The notes under the pieces are model-generated. The model had not been told where the DNA came from, searched no databases, and saw nothing but the letters and a program-made list of their open reading frames with translations. A stretch of 64,000 bases of DNA from Staphylococcus phage vB_Sau_P68, in the sequence record OL741057.1; one strand, 5' to 3'. How positions within the stretch are numbered: position 1 is the first letter of the stretch; each line of letters starts with the position of its first letter. Made by a program: the position numbers and the translations under genes. This document shows, one piece after another, positions 1-11,057 of this stretch.

Positions 1-1232
1 TTATTTAAGATTGATTGTTCATCGACATTCTCTATCCAATTAGACCATATTTCATCATATTGTACTTTATCATCTCTATGTGTTATGAAAGGTGTAGCTT
101 TATTACCTTTTTCTAATTTAGGTAAAGCATAGTAACCTATCATATCTGTTCCTGTTCCTGAGTTAACAGTAGTAATACGCATAGCAGTTGCTATATACTT
201 AGCTTCTGTTACAGGAGGTACTGTAGCTGTTACTGTTATTCTCTGCCATTCTTTTTCTTTTAAATCTGCTTTATAATAATTAGAACTTTGGATGGAACTA
301 TTAACATCTAACATTTCATCAGTGTATTTATTTATTTGAATGTAAAATCCATTCTCTTTCATTGCTTCTAAGTTAGGTACATACAAGTAAGTAGAGAATG
401 TTAATTCTTCTCCTGGTTGTACATCCTTACCTATTTCCAGTCCTCTACTTCTAATAATAGGGTATCTCCCATTATCATTATTAGTTACTCTACCTGTTTT
501 ATACCCTTCGAAGCTTATATCGTTTGTAATTGAGGTATCAGATGAATTTATTGTATCCCAATACCAATTACTACTTCTCGAACTCCACGGTTTTAGATTG
601 TATTGTGTTTCTTCAAATAAGCTATCTCTTAATAAGTTAGGATTTTGTTCTTGTACTGGTAGTCTTCTTATCATCTTGAAAGTTGAAGTGGAATTAACAG
701 GGTTAAATTCTACTAAAGAAGAAATACCATTTTTACTTTCTTTATAGGTAACCCAACCTGTATCTAAGTCTTCTTGTGGTGGGTTAACTAAAGTTGCGTA
801 TTGTGTTGTAGATTCAGAAAGCTCTTTTACATTAAGTGTATTACCTTCTTCATATAAGCTACCATTGTCTAATTTTACTTTTTTCCATTCAGTTTTAGCA
901 TCTCCCATGTAATTAAGAAGAAACAATGTATTATGATTATAAGGTATAAAAGTAATTTGTTGATAGGAAGAATCTTTTTTATTTATTATCAAGTATCCAT
1001 TTCTTGTTGTTGTTCCCCCCTTGTCAGGTAGTGTATCATAAGGGGAATTAGTTGCTCTAACAATATAATAACTTCCTGAAGGTAAGGTTAGATTATATAA
1101 ATCTGTATTATATATTGTTTTTATGTTATCTTGGGCTATTTCTTCTTTTAAAAAGTTACCTATATCATTAACCTTAGGGTACATATCTTTTAACTTTTGT
1201 GATTCAGTAAGAGGCGTATATTCAAATGCCAT
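1..1232 (-). CDS. receptor-binding / tail fibre protein, N-terminal ~410 codons; gene runs off the window edge (C-terminus missing)
   Basis: Open minus-strand frame from ATG (complement of 1230-1232) preceded by GGAGACAAATAG. No stop before position 1. Position downstream of adsorption tail protein as in K-like phages. Confidence 0.5.
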   Translation of the reverse strand, partial: MAFEYTPLTESQKLKDMYPKVNDIGNFLKEEIAQDNIKTIYNTDLYNLTLPSGSYYIVRATNSPYDTLPDKGGTTTRNGYLIINKKDSSYQQITFIPYNHNTLFLLNYMGDAKTEWKKVKLDNGSLYEEGNTLNVKELSESTTQYATLVNPPQEDLDTGWVTYKESKNGISSLVEFNPVNSTSTFKMIRRLPVQEQNPNLLRDSLFEETQYNLKPWSSRSSNWYWDTINSSDTSITNDISFEGYKTGRVTNNDNGRYPIIRSRGLEIGKDVQPGEELTFSTYLYVPNLEAMKENGFYIQINKYTDEMLDVNSSIQSSNYYKADLKEKEWQRITVTATVPPVTEAKYIATAMRITTVNSGTGTDMIGYYALPKLEKGNKATPFITHRDDKVQYDEIWSNWIENVDEQSILN

Positions 1233-1391
1233 CTATTTGTCTCCTCTCTCTTTCTTTAATTCATTAAGAAGTCTATCAACTTCATTAATCTTTTCTTTAT
1301 ATGTTTTTTCTAATTCCTTAATTGATTTCTCTTCAACTGTAGGTATAAATAATTTAGCTTGAGAGTAAGGGTCTCTAACTTCTCTAGGCAT
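1233..1391 (-). CDS. small hypothetical protein (52 aa)
   Basis: ATG at complement of 1389-1391 with AAGGAGAG RBS. Stop TAG overlaps the start of the next gene (TAGATG). Too short for the ORF track. Confidence 0.35.
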   Translation of the reverse strand: MPREVRDPYSQAKLFIPTVEEKSIKELEKTYKEKINEVDRLLNELKKERGDK

Positions 1392-1404
1392 ATAAATCTC
1401 TCCT

Positions 1405-1436
1405 TATTAAATAAAGAGGGGTCAATCAACCCCTCT
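1405..1436 (-). terminator. rho-independent terminator after the 1158-aa tail protein gene
   Basis: Hairpin AGAGGGG-N8-CCCCTCT at 1415-1436, followed on the minus strand by a U-rich TTATTTAATA. Confidence 0.5.
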
Positions 1437-1439
1437 AGT

Positions 1440-4400
1440 TTATTCATCCCTAGTAGTAACCATAAGTCTACGAACACGAGGACGTAAAAAGCTATTTTCA
1501 GTTGATAAATCTAATCTAACCTGTAGTTTAGTATTTGTTCCTGATGATTTTACTTTTTCATCAATAGTGTATCGTGTAAATTCATTGTTAGCTCTAGTAG
1601 TTGTGGCAGGTTTAGTAAATGTATTCCAAGTTTTACCATCATCTGCAGAGTATTTAGGAACTACCTTAGTACCTCTAGGTAAGAAAGCTTCATAACTAAA
1701 TCTTATTGTGTTATAAGGTGCTTCAGTCATATCAATAGCTCTTCCTATATAAGAACCTGTAAGCTCTGTTAAGAATGTAGTGAATGTTAAATCACTAGAA
1801 CTCATTAATGGTGAGATATATCTATTTGATTCAAATGTTGCTCTTAATTTAACTTGTCTTGCTAAACCTAAAACATCTAAGTCTTGATAGTTACCAACAG
1901 GTTGCCAATTTAATTGGTCAAATGTTGTAGATGATGCCATATCATCTAAAATTATTTTCATTTCCCAATTACATCCTGTTCTTTCAGGTGTTAAGTACGT
2001 AGACATAAGAACTATTCTATCTGCAGACACATCTTTAATTGGTTCAAACTCAATTGTAGCTGTTTCATTAAATTTAGAAGTATAAATACCAAATTTAAGG
2101 TCAGAGTTTTGATGAGGAGTCCATGTTGATGCGTTTGATGAACTGAATAGTACACCTTGTAGGTAAGGGTTACCGGAAATTACTTCATTAGGCTTATCAA
2201 TCTTAGGCTTAGTTCTAGTACCTACCCACATTGTGTAATCACTGTTCTCAGTGATAATAACAATAGCGTATTCCTTACCGCCCTCAGCCATCATAGGGTC
2301 ATCAAAGTATACTCTAGTTTCAGCACTAGCATTATTAGATACCTTAATATCATCCGCATTCATAACTGTCTCTGCGTAGATTGTTTTATTAGGATAACCT
2401 TGGTCACCCATACCTCTAATTTGGATAACAACGTTAGATTGCTTATCTCCTTTAGAAGCAAAATATAAACCTAATGATGATATAGTTCTGTTTTCATCAT
2501 ATTGGAATGACTGTGCTAATGGGTCTACTAAGTTTACTGTTACACGAGTTCTAATAATAATATCTTGAACGATTTTTTTACGTCCTTGTGCTGTATAAGT
2601 TGTAGCACTTGTAGAGTTAGCATTTTTAAGTGTAACTTCTCGGTTACCACAACGGATACCTGCAGGAATAGTAAATGTACCTTTAGCTGTACCTTTAGCA
2701 TCTGTCATAATAGTTCCATCTTCAGAACCTTTTCTATAGCCAGTTGCAGGAGTAATAGGGCATCTTACACCATCGAATAATAGGTACAAGTTATTATCAT
2801 TAGGGTTTAAACCTTTAACTTCAAAAGATACGTCTCTAATTCTAATAAATTCAATCATTTCTTCTAAAGTACGTTGTCCTCCTGAAGTAAGCATTGTTCC
2901 TGTTCGTCCGTATTTTGTATCATAACGATAGGCTTCACCTGCATTGGATTGCATATTACCCCATTTTTGTCCGGCATCTAATTGTAAGTTATTATAAAGC
3001 ATTTGCTCTGTTTCACCGAAGTAACTTTCGTTATGTCTCCAAAATCGTTTCATTGTTACTTTCTTAGTTTTTTGTTCTGTTATTGTTACATTTTCTGTAT
3101 CAATCCAGTTATCCTCACTAGGAGTTAATTTCAATACACCTTGTTTATTAGGGATATTATAAGGGTTAACGTTTAATGCTTCTGATGCTTGCCCTTGATA
3201 AATAGTACGCTCTTCTGTAAATGGTGCGGATATTAATCTACCCCAAACATGAGCTGTTGTATCTCCAGGTATAATCTTAGGTTGATTTACTGCTTCTGTG
3301 TACGCTAAAGTAGCTTCTGCATCTTCAAAACTAAATACAACACCAAAGTCAGGATGTGTAATATCTGATTTATCAAGACTAATGAAACCTTCACTAAATA
3401 CTGAACGTAAGTGTAATGGGTTTTGTCCTTCCATAGCACCATCATCAAGAGCGTTAACTGCCTCATTATACTCTAAGTTATCTACTCTTGTTTTAACTTT
3501 CTGTAAGTCTTCCATAGATAATCTAGTAATTGCAAATGAAATACAAACTGCTTCATCTGAATCAGGTAATACTGTAACTGTACCTAACTGTAGGTTCTCA
3601 GGGTCATTATTAAGAGGTGGAGTAACCAATCTCATAATATTTGGCTCACCTGGTAATATTGCAATGTCACCGTATTGGTTAATAAATACAGAATCTTTAC
3701 GAGCTAAATAGTAGGTATAATCTACTAATACTACTGTTTGGTCAATAGGTTTAACTCCATTTGAAGTGGTGAAATTAATATACCATCTCTTACCTAAACC
3801 TTCACCTTGGGTTGTTACTTCATAGTCCGTTCCAACTTCCATACGTTTATTATATTTATATGATACATAATATGAAGTACCTCCGCTAGGTTCTTGTCCT
3901 TGAGGAGACCAATCAATTGTTTGACCGTCTGTTAGTCTAAAGTCTTCTCCCTGTACATATTCTTTTGTTGTTTGTCCTGGGCTTGTTTCCGTCCAAACTT
4001 TTACAATTTCAAATGCTGTGTTATTGGATAAGTAGTCTTGACCGTCCCCTGTTGAACCTCTCGTAACACGTTCTTTCTCAACAAGTACTTGCCCTGTAAC
4101 ACGTTTTATTTCTTTTACTGGGCTATTAGCTAAACTAATAGAGTTATTAGATTTATTAAATATTGTACTTTCATTTTCTGCTGTACCCAAGTCATAAGAT
4201 TTTGGTACACTAATTCTTGTTGATACTGGTTTATCTACTTTAAAACCTTTTACATACGCTTTACCTGCATCTACAACTACAGACACATGGTCATCAGATT
4301 CAGCATTTCCTTCTGAGAATAACTCAAAGCCACTTACTTTATATGAACCTGACTCATCATAAGTACGTTCAGCTAACACTTTATTGATTTTCTCCATTTC

Positions 4401-4916
4401 AGCGTTAGTTGATTGGATGTATAAGTCACCATCCATAAAGGTATAAATAGTTGCTGATGTAGGGTCATTAACTGTCAATGTCATCTTTTCTTCTAGTCTA
4501 TCTGCACCTTTAGAGAAGTAACTTGGTACTCCACTAGTTTGGTCTAGTAAACTAGCATCCTCATCAGGTGTTATAATACGTTCTGTTAACTTAATACCTA
4601 TTGTTTCTTTACCTACACCAGTTATTTTAACTGAGTCATCATTGTCATAATATCTTATTTTACCGTTGATATATACATAACCAGGGTTTATTGTGACTAC
4701 ATTATCTTGAGATAATGTAAATCCGAGTCCTGATTGTTTATCCCCATCTTTAAAGATAGCGTCTCCTAGATTTTTTAAATAATATTGGTCTATAGACTGC
4801 ATTTCATTTAATTCTGCCTGTTGTAGAGGTCTATCAGGATTAAATAATACTTTTGTTCTATCTTTAGATGGGTCAAATCTATCTAAATAAGGTGAACCTT
4901 TAAAATTAATTGCCAT
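1440..4916 (-). CDS. large tail protein (adsorption-associated tail protein / tail fibre), 1158 aa
   Basis: Long ORF in the baseplate/fibre block. Size and position match the ~1150-aa adsorption-associated tail protein of K-like phages. Confidence 0.7.
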   Translation of the reverse strand: MAINFKGSPYLDRFDPSKDRTKVLFNPDRPLQQAELNEMQSIDQYYLKNLGDAIFKDGDKQSGLGFTLSQDNVVTINPGYVYINGKIRYYDNDDSVKITGVGKETIGIKLTERIITPDEDASLLDQTSGVPSYFSKGADRLEEKMTLTVNDPTSATIYTFMDGDLYIQSTNAEMEKINKVLAERTYDESGSYKVSGFELFSEGNAESDDHVSVVVDAGKAYVKGFKVDKPVSTRISVPKSYDLGTAENESTIFNKSNNSISLANSPVKEIKRVTGQVLVEKERVTRGSTGDGQDYLSNNTAFEIVKVWTETSPGQTTKEYVQGEDFRLTDGQTIDWSPQGQEPSGGTSYYVSYKYNKRMEVGTDYEVTTQGEGLGKRWYINFTTSNGVKPIDQTVVLVDYTYYLARKDSVFINQYGDIAILPGEPNIMRLVTPPLNNDPENLQLGTVTVLPDSDEAVCISFAITRLSMEDLQKVKTRVDNLEYNEAVNALDDGAMEGQNPLHLRSVFSEGFISLDKSDITHPDFGVVFSFEDAEATLAYTEAVNQPKIIPGDTTAHVWGRLISAPFTEERTIYQGQASEALNVNPYNIPNKQGVLKLTPSEDNWIDTENVTITEQKTKKVTMKRFWRHNESYFGETEQMLYNNLQLDAGQKWGNMQSNAGEAYRYDTKYGRTGTMLTSGGQRTLEEMIEFIRIRDVSFEVKGLNPNDNNLYLLFDGVRCPITPATGYRKGSEDGTIMTDAKGTAKGTFTIPAGIRCGNREVTLKNANSTSATTYTAQGRKKIVQDIIIRTRVTVNLVDPLAQSFQYDENRTISSLGLYFASKGDKQSNVVIQIRGMGDQGYPNKTIYAETVMNADDIKVSNNASAETRVYFDDPMMAEGGKEYAIVIITENSDYTMWVGTRTKPKIDKPNEVISGNPYLQGVLFSSSNASTWTPHQNSDLKFGIYTSKFNETATIEFEPIKDVSADRIVLMSTYLTPERTGCNWEMKIILDDMASSTTFDQLNWQPVGNYQDLDVLGLARQVKLRATFESNRYISPLMSSSDLTFTTFLTELTGSYIGRAIDMTEAPYNTIRFSYEAFLPRGTKVVPKYSADDGKTWNTFTKPATTTRANNEFTRYTIDEKVKSSGTNTKLQVRLDLSTENSFLRPRVRRLMVTTRDE

Positions 4917-4936
4917 TTAGAATTATCTTCCTTTCC

Positions 4937-5473
<537 letters not shown>

Positions 5474-5565
5474 TCATCTGTTGTTTTCTTTATTAATATA
5501 ACATGGTATACCCACTAAATATTACTTTTTAAGTATACCATATTATTAACTTTCTGTCAACTTAT

Positions 5566-7785
5566 TTATTCATTAATTGTAATTTCTGTATCGGTATCTA
5601 CTACTTTAATTCTGTTATCTATATTGAGGGACTCTGTTGTTAGTAACTCGTCTTTAAGCTCACTTATTAACCTACTAGAACCTAAAGTCAATGGTTCAGT
5701 ATATTTATTTAGAGTATAAGACAATTTATCTAAGTCAGTATAGGTATCTGTATTTAAGAGTGTAGCTCTAATAACTTCCCCAGTAGCACCATCGAATACT
5801 CCACCCTCAGTATCTTTAACTATTTTCATAGAACCAAAATTTATGTCTGTTAACTTATCTATATCTTGCCATACAGCATTAAAATAGTTGTTAGACATAT
5901 TTGATAAAGAGCCTTCTTTATTATTAAGTTCCCCTAATTTAACATTCCAAATAGAACGTAACGATACATTTGACATTGGGTTTATATTAGAATAATCTAC
6001 TGTTTGTAATCCATATAAATCTATTAATATATTAGGTATTATAGTTTCACCCTCAGGGATTTCAGTTAATTTTGTCAGTTCTTCCCAGGAGTCACCATAA
6101 TAAGAATATTCAAATTTAATATTCGAAATTAAAGTGTCACTATTTAATACAAAATTGTGTATATTAGTTTTTACGTTACCATATGATAATATAAAACTAT
6201 TAAGGTCGTCTTTTAAAATAATGCTTGAGATACTATCCGTATTATTGTCTGTGGTAATAATTTCTATATGATTACTGAAGTTATCAATATCTCCCGATAC
6301 TCTTAAATACCCGATAGGTTGGAACCCTGATTTAGATATAATATCTCCGTTATTCAAGGAAGCTATTTTAAATGCTTCTACATAAGCCTCTCTAGTTATG
6401 TCTAAATAATTTTCTACTATTGCTCTATACGGTTTTATTGTATAAACATTTCTTTCATAGTAGTAGAACATTAAATCTACATAGTTAACTTTAATATCTA
6501 CGGAATCTCTTCTACCTGCATTAATTTCTAGTCTAGTAAACATATTTAGTTCATTGTTTAAGTAATCTTTTACATAACCAATATTACTGCCTATATTTTC
6601 CTCATAGAAAGATAGATTATTAATTGATACTGTAAGCCATCTATCAATAGAGAAATCATAAACTTGTAATTTAATTTCTATACTTTCATCGGGAGGTATT
6701 ACTGCACTAAGATAGTAATCAATACTTAATTCTTTAATATAATCTGATACTATCTTTCTTGACTCATCTGATTGTATATCTACTTGAGGTCTATATTTAC
6801 TCATATAGTCCCTAAAATTAAAGTTATTATACAAGTAAGATACACCTGATGATGTCTGCATCTCAAGTTCTACGGTGTTATTATTTCGTACACCAGTGTA
6901 CATATAGTAGTCATATGGTACTTCCTGACCTCTTCCGTTTGTACTAGCACTTATTTGGTTTACTGATGATGTCATATCCGGATTATAGGTATAAGAAGTT
7001 GTATAACCATAGTTAACATACTGTCTACCTATACTAGAAGAGCCTGCTAGAACATCTGAACTATTTATTAAGCTATGGTTCGTTTTAAATATGTCTGAGG
7101 AGCTATTATCACTATCTTTACTCTCATTCATATTAATGTGACCATAAAAAGTATCATCATATCCTATAAATCTTTCGTATTCTTGGTATGTTTCTATTTT
7201 AGGTAGTCCATCCAACCATTTAATGATTGACCCGCCTCTAATAGTAGAAGCCCCATCATAAGTAACATACAATGTTACACCTGCAGGTTTGAACTCATTA
7301 ATTACATCTATAATCTCTACAGGGAAGTAATCACCTATAGAAACGTTAATAACAGCAAATCTATAGTAGTACCCCATTAAGTGGTCTTCACCATTTAAAT
7401 GTGATTTATTAGTATAAAAGATATTTGTAAAGGGTTCATATACACTAACATCAATGTCATCTTTACCTAAATAATCTTTTATAGCCTCAATTATAGCATT
7501 ATTAGTTCCTCTTTTCAAGAGTAAATATTTTATAATCCTTGCTCTATAGTTATCATCGTTCTCATCTGTCTTTCTGTAGACACTAAACCAATCCCCAAAT
7601 TTATCCAGGTACTCACTTGTTGCTGTCTTTAAAGATGACTGTAATTTACTTTCTATTGCATCCCTCTCTACCTGATTCATTTCCTCATTAAGAGTATCAA
7701 TTAAGGCAAAGTTAGGGTCTTGATTATCTTTTTTATTTCTATTTCTTCTTAATAATGGATGAAGATTTTTTAAAAAATTAGCCAC
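5566..7785 (-). CDS. baseplate/tail morphogenetic protein (739 aa)
   Basis: Large ORF between the baseplate J-like protein and tail proteins. Assignment is by synteny only. Confidence 0.55.
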   Translation of the reverse strand: MANFLKNLHPLLRRNRNKKDNQDPNFALIDTLNEEMNQVERDAIESKLQSSLKTATSEYLDKFGDWFSVYRKTDENDDNYRARIIKYLLLKRGTNNAIIEAIKDYLGKDDIDVSVYEPFTNIFYTNKSHLNGEDHLMGYYYRFAVINVSIGDYFPVEIIDVINEFKPAGVTLYVTYDGASTIRGGSIIKWLDGLPKIETYQEYERFIGYDDTFYGHINMNESKDSDNSSSDIFKTNHSLINSSDVLAGSSSIGRQYVNYGYTTSYTYNPDMTSSVNQISASTNGRGQEVPYDYYMYTGVRNNNTVELEMQTSSGVSYLYNNFNFRDYMSKYRPQVDIQSDESRKIVSDYIKELSIDYYLSAVIPPDESIEIKLQVYDFSIDRWLTVSINNLSFYEENIGSNIGYVKDYLNNELNMFTRLEINAGRRDSVDIKVNYVDLMFYYYERNVYTIKPYRAIVENYLDITREAYVEAFKIASLNNGDIISKSGFQPIGYLRVSGDIDNFSNHIEIITTDNNTDSISSIILKDDLNSFILSYGNVKTNIHNFVLNSDTLISNIKFEYSYYGDSWEELTKLTEIPEGETIIPNILIDLYGLQTVDYSNINPMSNVSLRSIWNVKLGELNNKEGSLSNMSNNYFNAVWQDIDKLTDINFGSMKIVKDTEGGVFDGATGEVIRATLLNTDTYTDLDKLSYTLNKYTEPLTLGSSRLISELKDELLTTESLNIDNRIKVVDTDTEITINE

Positions 7786-7805
7786 GACTTAAGTCTCACC
7801 TCTCT

Positions 7806-8852
7806 TTACTTCAATTCTACTTGTATTTCTCCTGCTCTAATAATTCCTTGTGGTGGTACTATAATGTTTTCATCTAAGTTATCAAATGCTACATCATAAA
7901 TTAATACATCATCAATATTCATTATTGCCTGTATAAGGTCTGTAATAATTAAGTCATCGGATGTTTTTAAATTATTTAAGTAACTTCTAATTACGCCTTC
8001 AATATGTCTACGTAATGTATCACCAATTCTAGATTTATTAGATATTGTTACTGTAGCAGAAACATTAACTTCTTCTTTTTCTACTCCTGTAACATCTAAC
8101 ATTATACCACTAGGTCTATAGTCTTGTAAAGCATTAGTTACATCTTCTTTTAAAGTATCTGATAAGTTACCGTTTCTATCGTGGGCGTATACAGTGATAT
8201 GACCTATTTCTTCATAAACGTAAACACCTTCAACGTCAGGTATTTGTAGAGCACCATATCGTACTGATTTATTAGTTGCTCTTCCTCTAGATTCTACGAA
8301 AGAATGGAATCTACGTTTAAAATCTTCTTGGCTTTCTTCTTTAGTACCTGTATTAAAAGATAAATCGTTATTAACACTTCTAATTAAACTAGAGCCTGAT
8401 GCTATTGTATTAATTGTTCCCTCAGGTACATTCCCTGCAACCCCTGTTTCTTTACAATATACCTCTACTACAATCTCAGTGGAATCAGGTTCTGCATAAT
8501 AATCAACTAATGTTTCAAACTGTTGCGGGTACTCTTGACGTGTTGAGGTAAAAGTTGTTCCTGCAGGTATATACATCCGCATATCTAAGGGTTGATAAAA
8601 TTGAATGGTTACATCACCATACGCTCTTTTAGATTGTCTCTTTTGAAAATCAAAAGCCTCAATAATACCTTCTTGAATACCCCAATTAATATTCTCTTTT
8701 GTTAGTATATAAAATTGCTCTATCTCTAGTGATACAGCTTCTAATAATGAACGAGAAGCTGACCCTGGTGTAAAATCTGTTATCTTACTTGTACCTGCCA
8801 TTGTCTTATCTATTAACTTCGATAGTATATTGGTTAATTTTCTAGTTTTCAT
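7806..8852 (-). CDS. baseplate J-like protein (gp6-like), 348 aa
   Basis: Size and position as the Kayvirus baseplate morphogenetic protein. Lies downstream of a LysM/gp25-like baseplate protein. Confidence 0.6.
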   Translation of the reverse strand: MKTRKLTNILSKLIDKTMAGTSKITDFTPGSASRSLLEAVSLEIEQFYILTKENINWGIQEGIIEAFDFQKRQSKRAYGDVTIQFYQPLDMRMYIPAGTTFTSTRQEYPQQFETLVDYYAEPDSTEIVVEVYCKETGVAGNVPEGTINTIASGSSLIRSVNNDLSFNTGTKEESQEDFKRRFHSFVESRGRATNKSVRYGALQIPDVEGVYVYEEIGHITVYAHDRNGNLSDTLKEDVTNALQDYRPSGIMLDVTGVEKEEVNVSATVTISNKSRIGDTLRRHIEGVIRSYLNNLKTSDDLIITDLIQAIMNIDDVLIYDVAFDNLDENIIVPPQGIIRAGEIQVELK

Positions 8853-8866
8853 AATTTAATCCTTTC

Positions 8867-9571
8867 CTATTCAAATAAAGCAAAAATGCCTTCTTCATCT
8901 TGCCCTAAAACAAATTCTATAGACTCCTCAACAGATTTTATTTCTACTGAGAATTGACCTGAATAAATGTTTCCTTGTATCTTCCAATCAATTAAGTTAG
9001 CAGATTTTACTCTATTATCTGATGTTAAGGTTCTTAAGACTTCCATCTCAATTAATGTTGCTTGCTCCGGTATGTTAAGACCAAATAAATTATGCAAGTC
9101 AGAACCATAATTAGGGTGTAACATTAAAGAACCTCTAGGAGTTAATAATCTTGCTTGTAACTGCTGTTTCATATTGTCTATACCTTTTACAGTATCTAAA
9201 TCTCCGTTACCATCAGTATTAAATGCTAATATGTTATCACTAGTACCGTGTTCATTAAAATACTTTTCATCAGATGTAATATTCAAGTCTCTCCCTAAGG
9301 CTAGTTCAACTAATACGTCTTTATCTCTAGAATTAATTTCCTTTGCTGTTACATCTGTTAAATCAGATTCTATAGGTATAATAAGTGTATCACCTGTAGA
9401 AGCTAACCTTTCAGGGTCTTTCATTTTCTCTTCATTAGTTTCTACTAGATATGGATACTTTAAGTTGTTATGTTCTACTAAATCTATCCAGTAACTTACA
9501 TCCCCATAATATCTTTGTGCTATTGCTTGCATAGTCTCTTCATGCTGAACTACATGTTTCTTAAATCTCAT
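8867..9571 (-). CDS. baseplate protein with N-terminal LysM-like motif (234 aa)
   Basis: N-terminus HVVQHEETMQAIAQRYYGDVSYWIDLVEHNNL fits the LysM pattern. Start overlaps the stop of the upstream gene. Confidence 0.6.
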   Translation of the reverse strand: MRFKKHVVQHEETMQAIAQRYYGDVSYWIDLVEHNNLKYPYLVETNEEKMKDPERLASTGDTLIIPIESDLTDVTAKEINSRDKDVLVELALGRDLNITSDEKYFNEHGTSDNILAFNTDGNGDLDTVKGIDNMKQQLQARLLTPRGSLMLHPNYGSDLHNLFGLNIPEQATLIEMEVLRTLTSDNRVKSANLIDWKIQGNIYSGQFSVEIKSVEESIEFVLGQDEEGIFALFE

Positions 9572-10095
9572 TATACATTAGCCTCCTTTTTAATTAGAGG
9601 TAGTTGTAATTCTATTGCACTAAAACATAAGTCTAAATCTCTTAAATCTAGAACAACACTATTGTAGTCATCATAGTTACCTAAATAATCTGCTACATAA
9701 TTCAAGTTTTCTCGTGTTATTTTAACATCATCTTCAGTTAAATATTTCAAAGAACTTGGGTTTTCTACAAAGCAATTAACAATAGCATATGCTTCCAATA
9801 CAATAGATTGTAAAATCATATACATTCTAGGTGCTTGGACTTTTAACAATGTATCATTTGCTTTATGGATAATAGTGTTATTATTAAATTCCCTTTCTAA
9901 TACAGGTATATCATCTGTCTTTATACTTGTCAATACTGTTTTTGCTAATTCACTTAATTGTAGCTGTGGAGTATAAAATCTAGATACAAATGATACCTCT
10001 TCATCAAGTAAATTCATCTGAGAAGAAGTTAAATCTGTATCTAAAGCATTTAAAAATCTAAGTAAACCTTGCGGTTGTGCTATAAAATTATTCAT
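9571..10095 (-). CDS. baseplate wedge-like protein (174 aa)
   Basis: ORF translationally coupled (ATGA overlap) within the baseplate block. Confidence 0.5.
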   Translation of the reverse strand: MNNFIAQPQGLLRFLNALDTDLTSSQMNLLDEEVSFVSRFYTPQLQLSELAKTVLTSIKTDDIPVLEREFNNNTIIHKANDTLLKVQAPRMYMILQSIVLEAYAIVNCFVENPSSLKYLTEDDVKITRENLNYVADYLGNYDDYNSVVLDLRDLDLCFSAIELQLPLIKKEANV

Positions 10096-10886
10096 TAACT
10101 AGATACACCTCCATCACCATAGCCTATTATTAGAGCCATGTTATCAATGTTCCCCTTTAATCCATTAGTAGATTGTCTAGGATTATATATAGAACTACTA
10201 GGAAAGCTTTGTTTTAGTCTATTACCTTCATTTGTGTTGTCTCCGGTAGAATTAGGTATTGTATTTTCTCTTCTAGATATTTCTTGATTGTTTCTGTCTC
10301 TAGTCTTACGAGCATTTTTATCCAGTTCTTTCATACCTTCGTCAACTCTCTGTGAAGCGTTAGGATTAATATTACCAAACTCTTCTGTTGTTACAGCACT
10401 TCTATCCGACTCCGTTAAAGAACCAATAACTACTAAGGTTATCTCATATCTAAAGAGTAAAGGCTCATCCTTAGACCTAGTTATTTTTAATCCTTGAGGT
10501 GCTAAATGTACTTTATAGTAACTATCATCTGTAAAGTTAAAAAATTGTAAGTAAGAACCGCTTACGTTACCACTTCCACCTTGCATTGCATACTCTTTAA
10601 CTCTGCTTTGTAGTTCTTCCATTTTCTGTTTACCTGTTTTCAAACCACTTGATTCCCTGACAGGTCTAAATCCAGTAGTACCTGAGAAGTTAATAACTTC
10701 TATGTCTTTACCGTAATCTTCTATCACAATATCCGATTTTGTTTTAATTGCTGTTGTACGTTGAGGTGCGTCTATAGTATAGTTTTCCGGGTTTACTTTA
10801 AATCTGTACATATCATAACCACCGCCCTCTTTAGGGAAACGTAAGGCTATTCTATGAAGGCTACTTATTCCGTCTGATTGTGGCAT
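10095..10886 (-). CDS. baseplate/tail structural protein (263 aa)
   Basis: ORF in the structural block with RBS AAGGAGAGGATAAAATG. Confidence 0.5.
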   Translation of the reverse strand: MPQSDGISSLHRIALRFPKEGGGYDMYRFKVNPENYTIDAPQRTTAIKTKSDIVIEDYGKDIEVINFSGTTGFRPVRESSGLKTGKQKMEELQSRVKEYAMQGGSGNVSGSYLQFFNFTDDSYYKVHLAPQGLKITRSKDEPLLFRYEITLVVIGSLTESDRSAVTTEEFGNINPNASQRVDEGMKELDKNARKTRDRNNQEISRRENTIPNSTGDNTNEGNRLKQSFPSSSIYNPRQSTNGLKGNIDNMALIIGYGDGGVSS

Positions 10887-10957
10887 TTTATCCTCTCCTT
10901 TTCAGTATGTATATAAATCTCATACTACTAATATATCACGAACTAGTTTAAATTACA

Positions 10958-10990
10958 ACTAAAAAAAGACCTAAATTAATAGGTCTTTTA
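10958..10990 (-). terminator. bidirectional-type rho-independent terminator after the 944-aa gene
   Basis: Hairpin AAGACCTA-AATTAA-TAGGTCTT at 10966-10987, flanked by A7 upstream and a T-rich run downstream. Confidence 0.6.
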
Positions 10991-11057
10991 ATTTATTTTC
11001 TATATAACTTTATACTCTTCTATAGCTTGATATATTGCCTCAGCATAATCATACATA

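Noticed and set aside
2565-3711. Plus-strand ORFs (71 and 137 aa) inside the 1158-aa tail protein gene, and similar antisense ORFs at 9174-9494, 10288-10497, 11956-12297, 15850-16626, 26977-27189, 28741-29022, 34201-35091, 38602-38973, 40509-40712 and 42250-42468
   Set aside because: They are embedded antisense to long, well-supported structural genes. They show no RBS and low-complexity translations.
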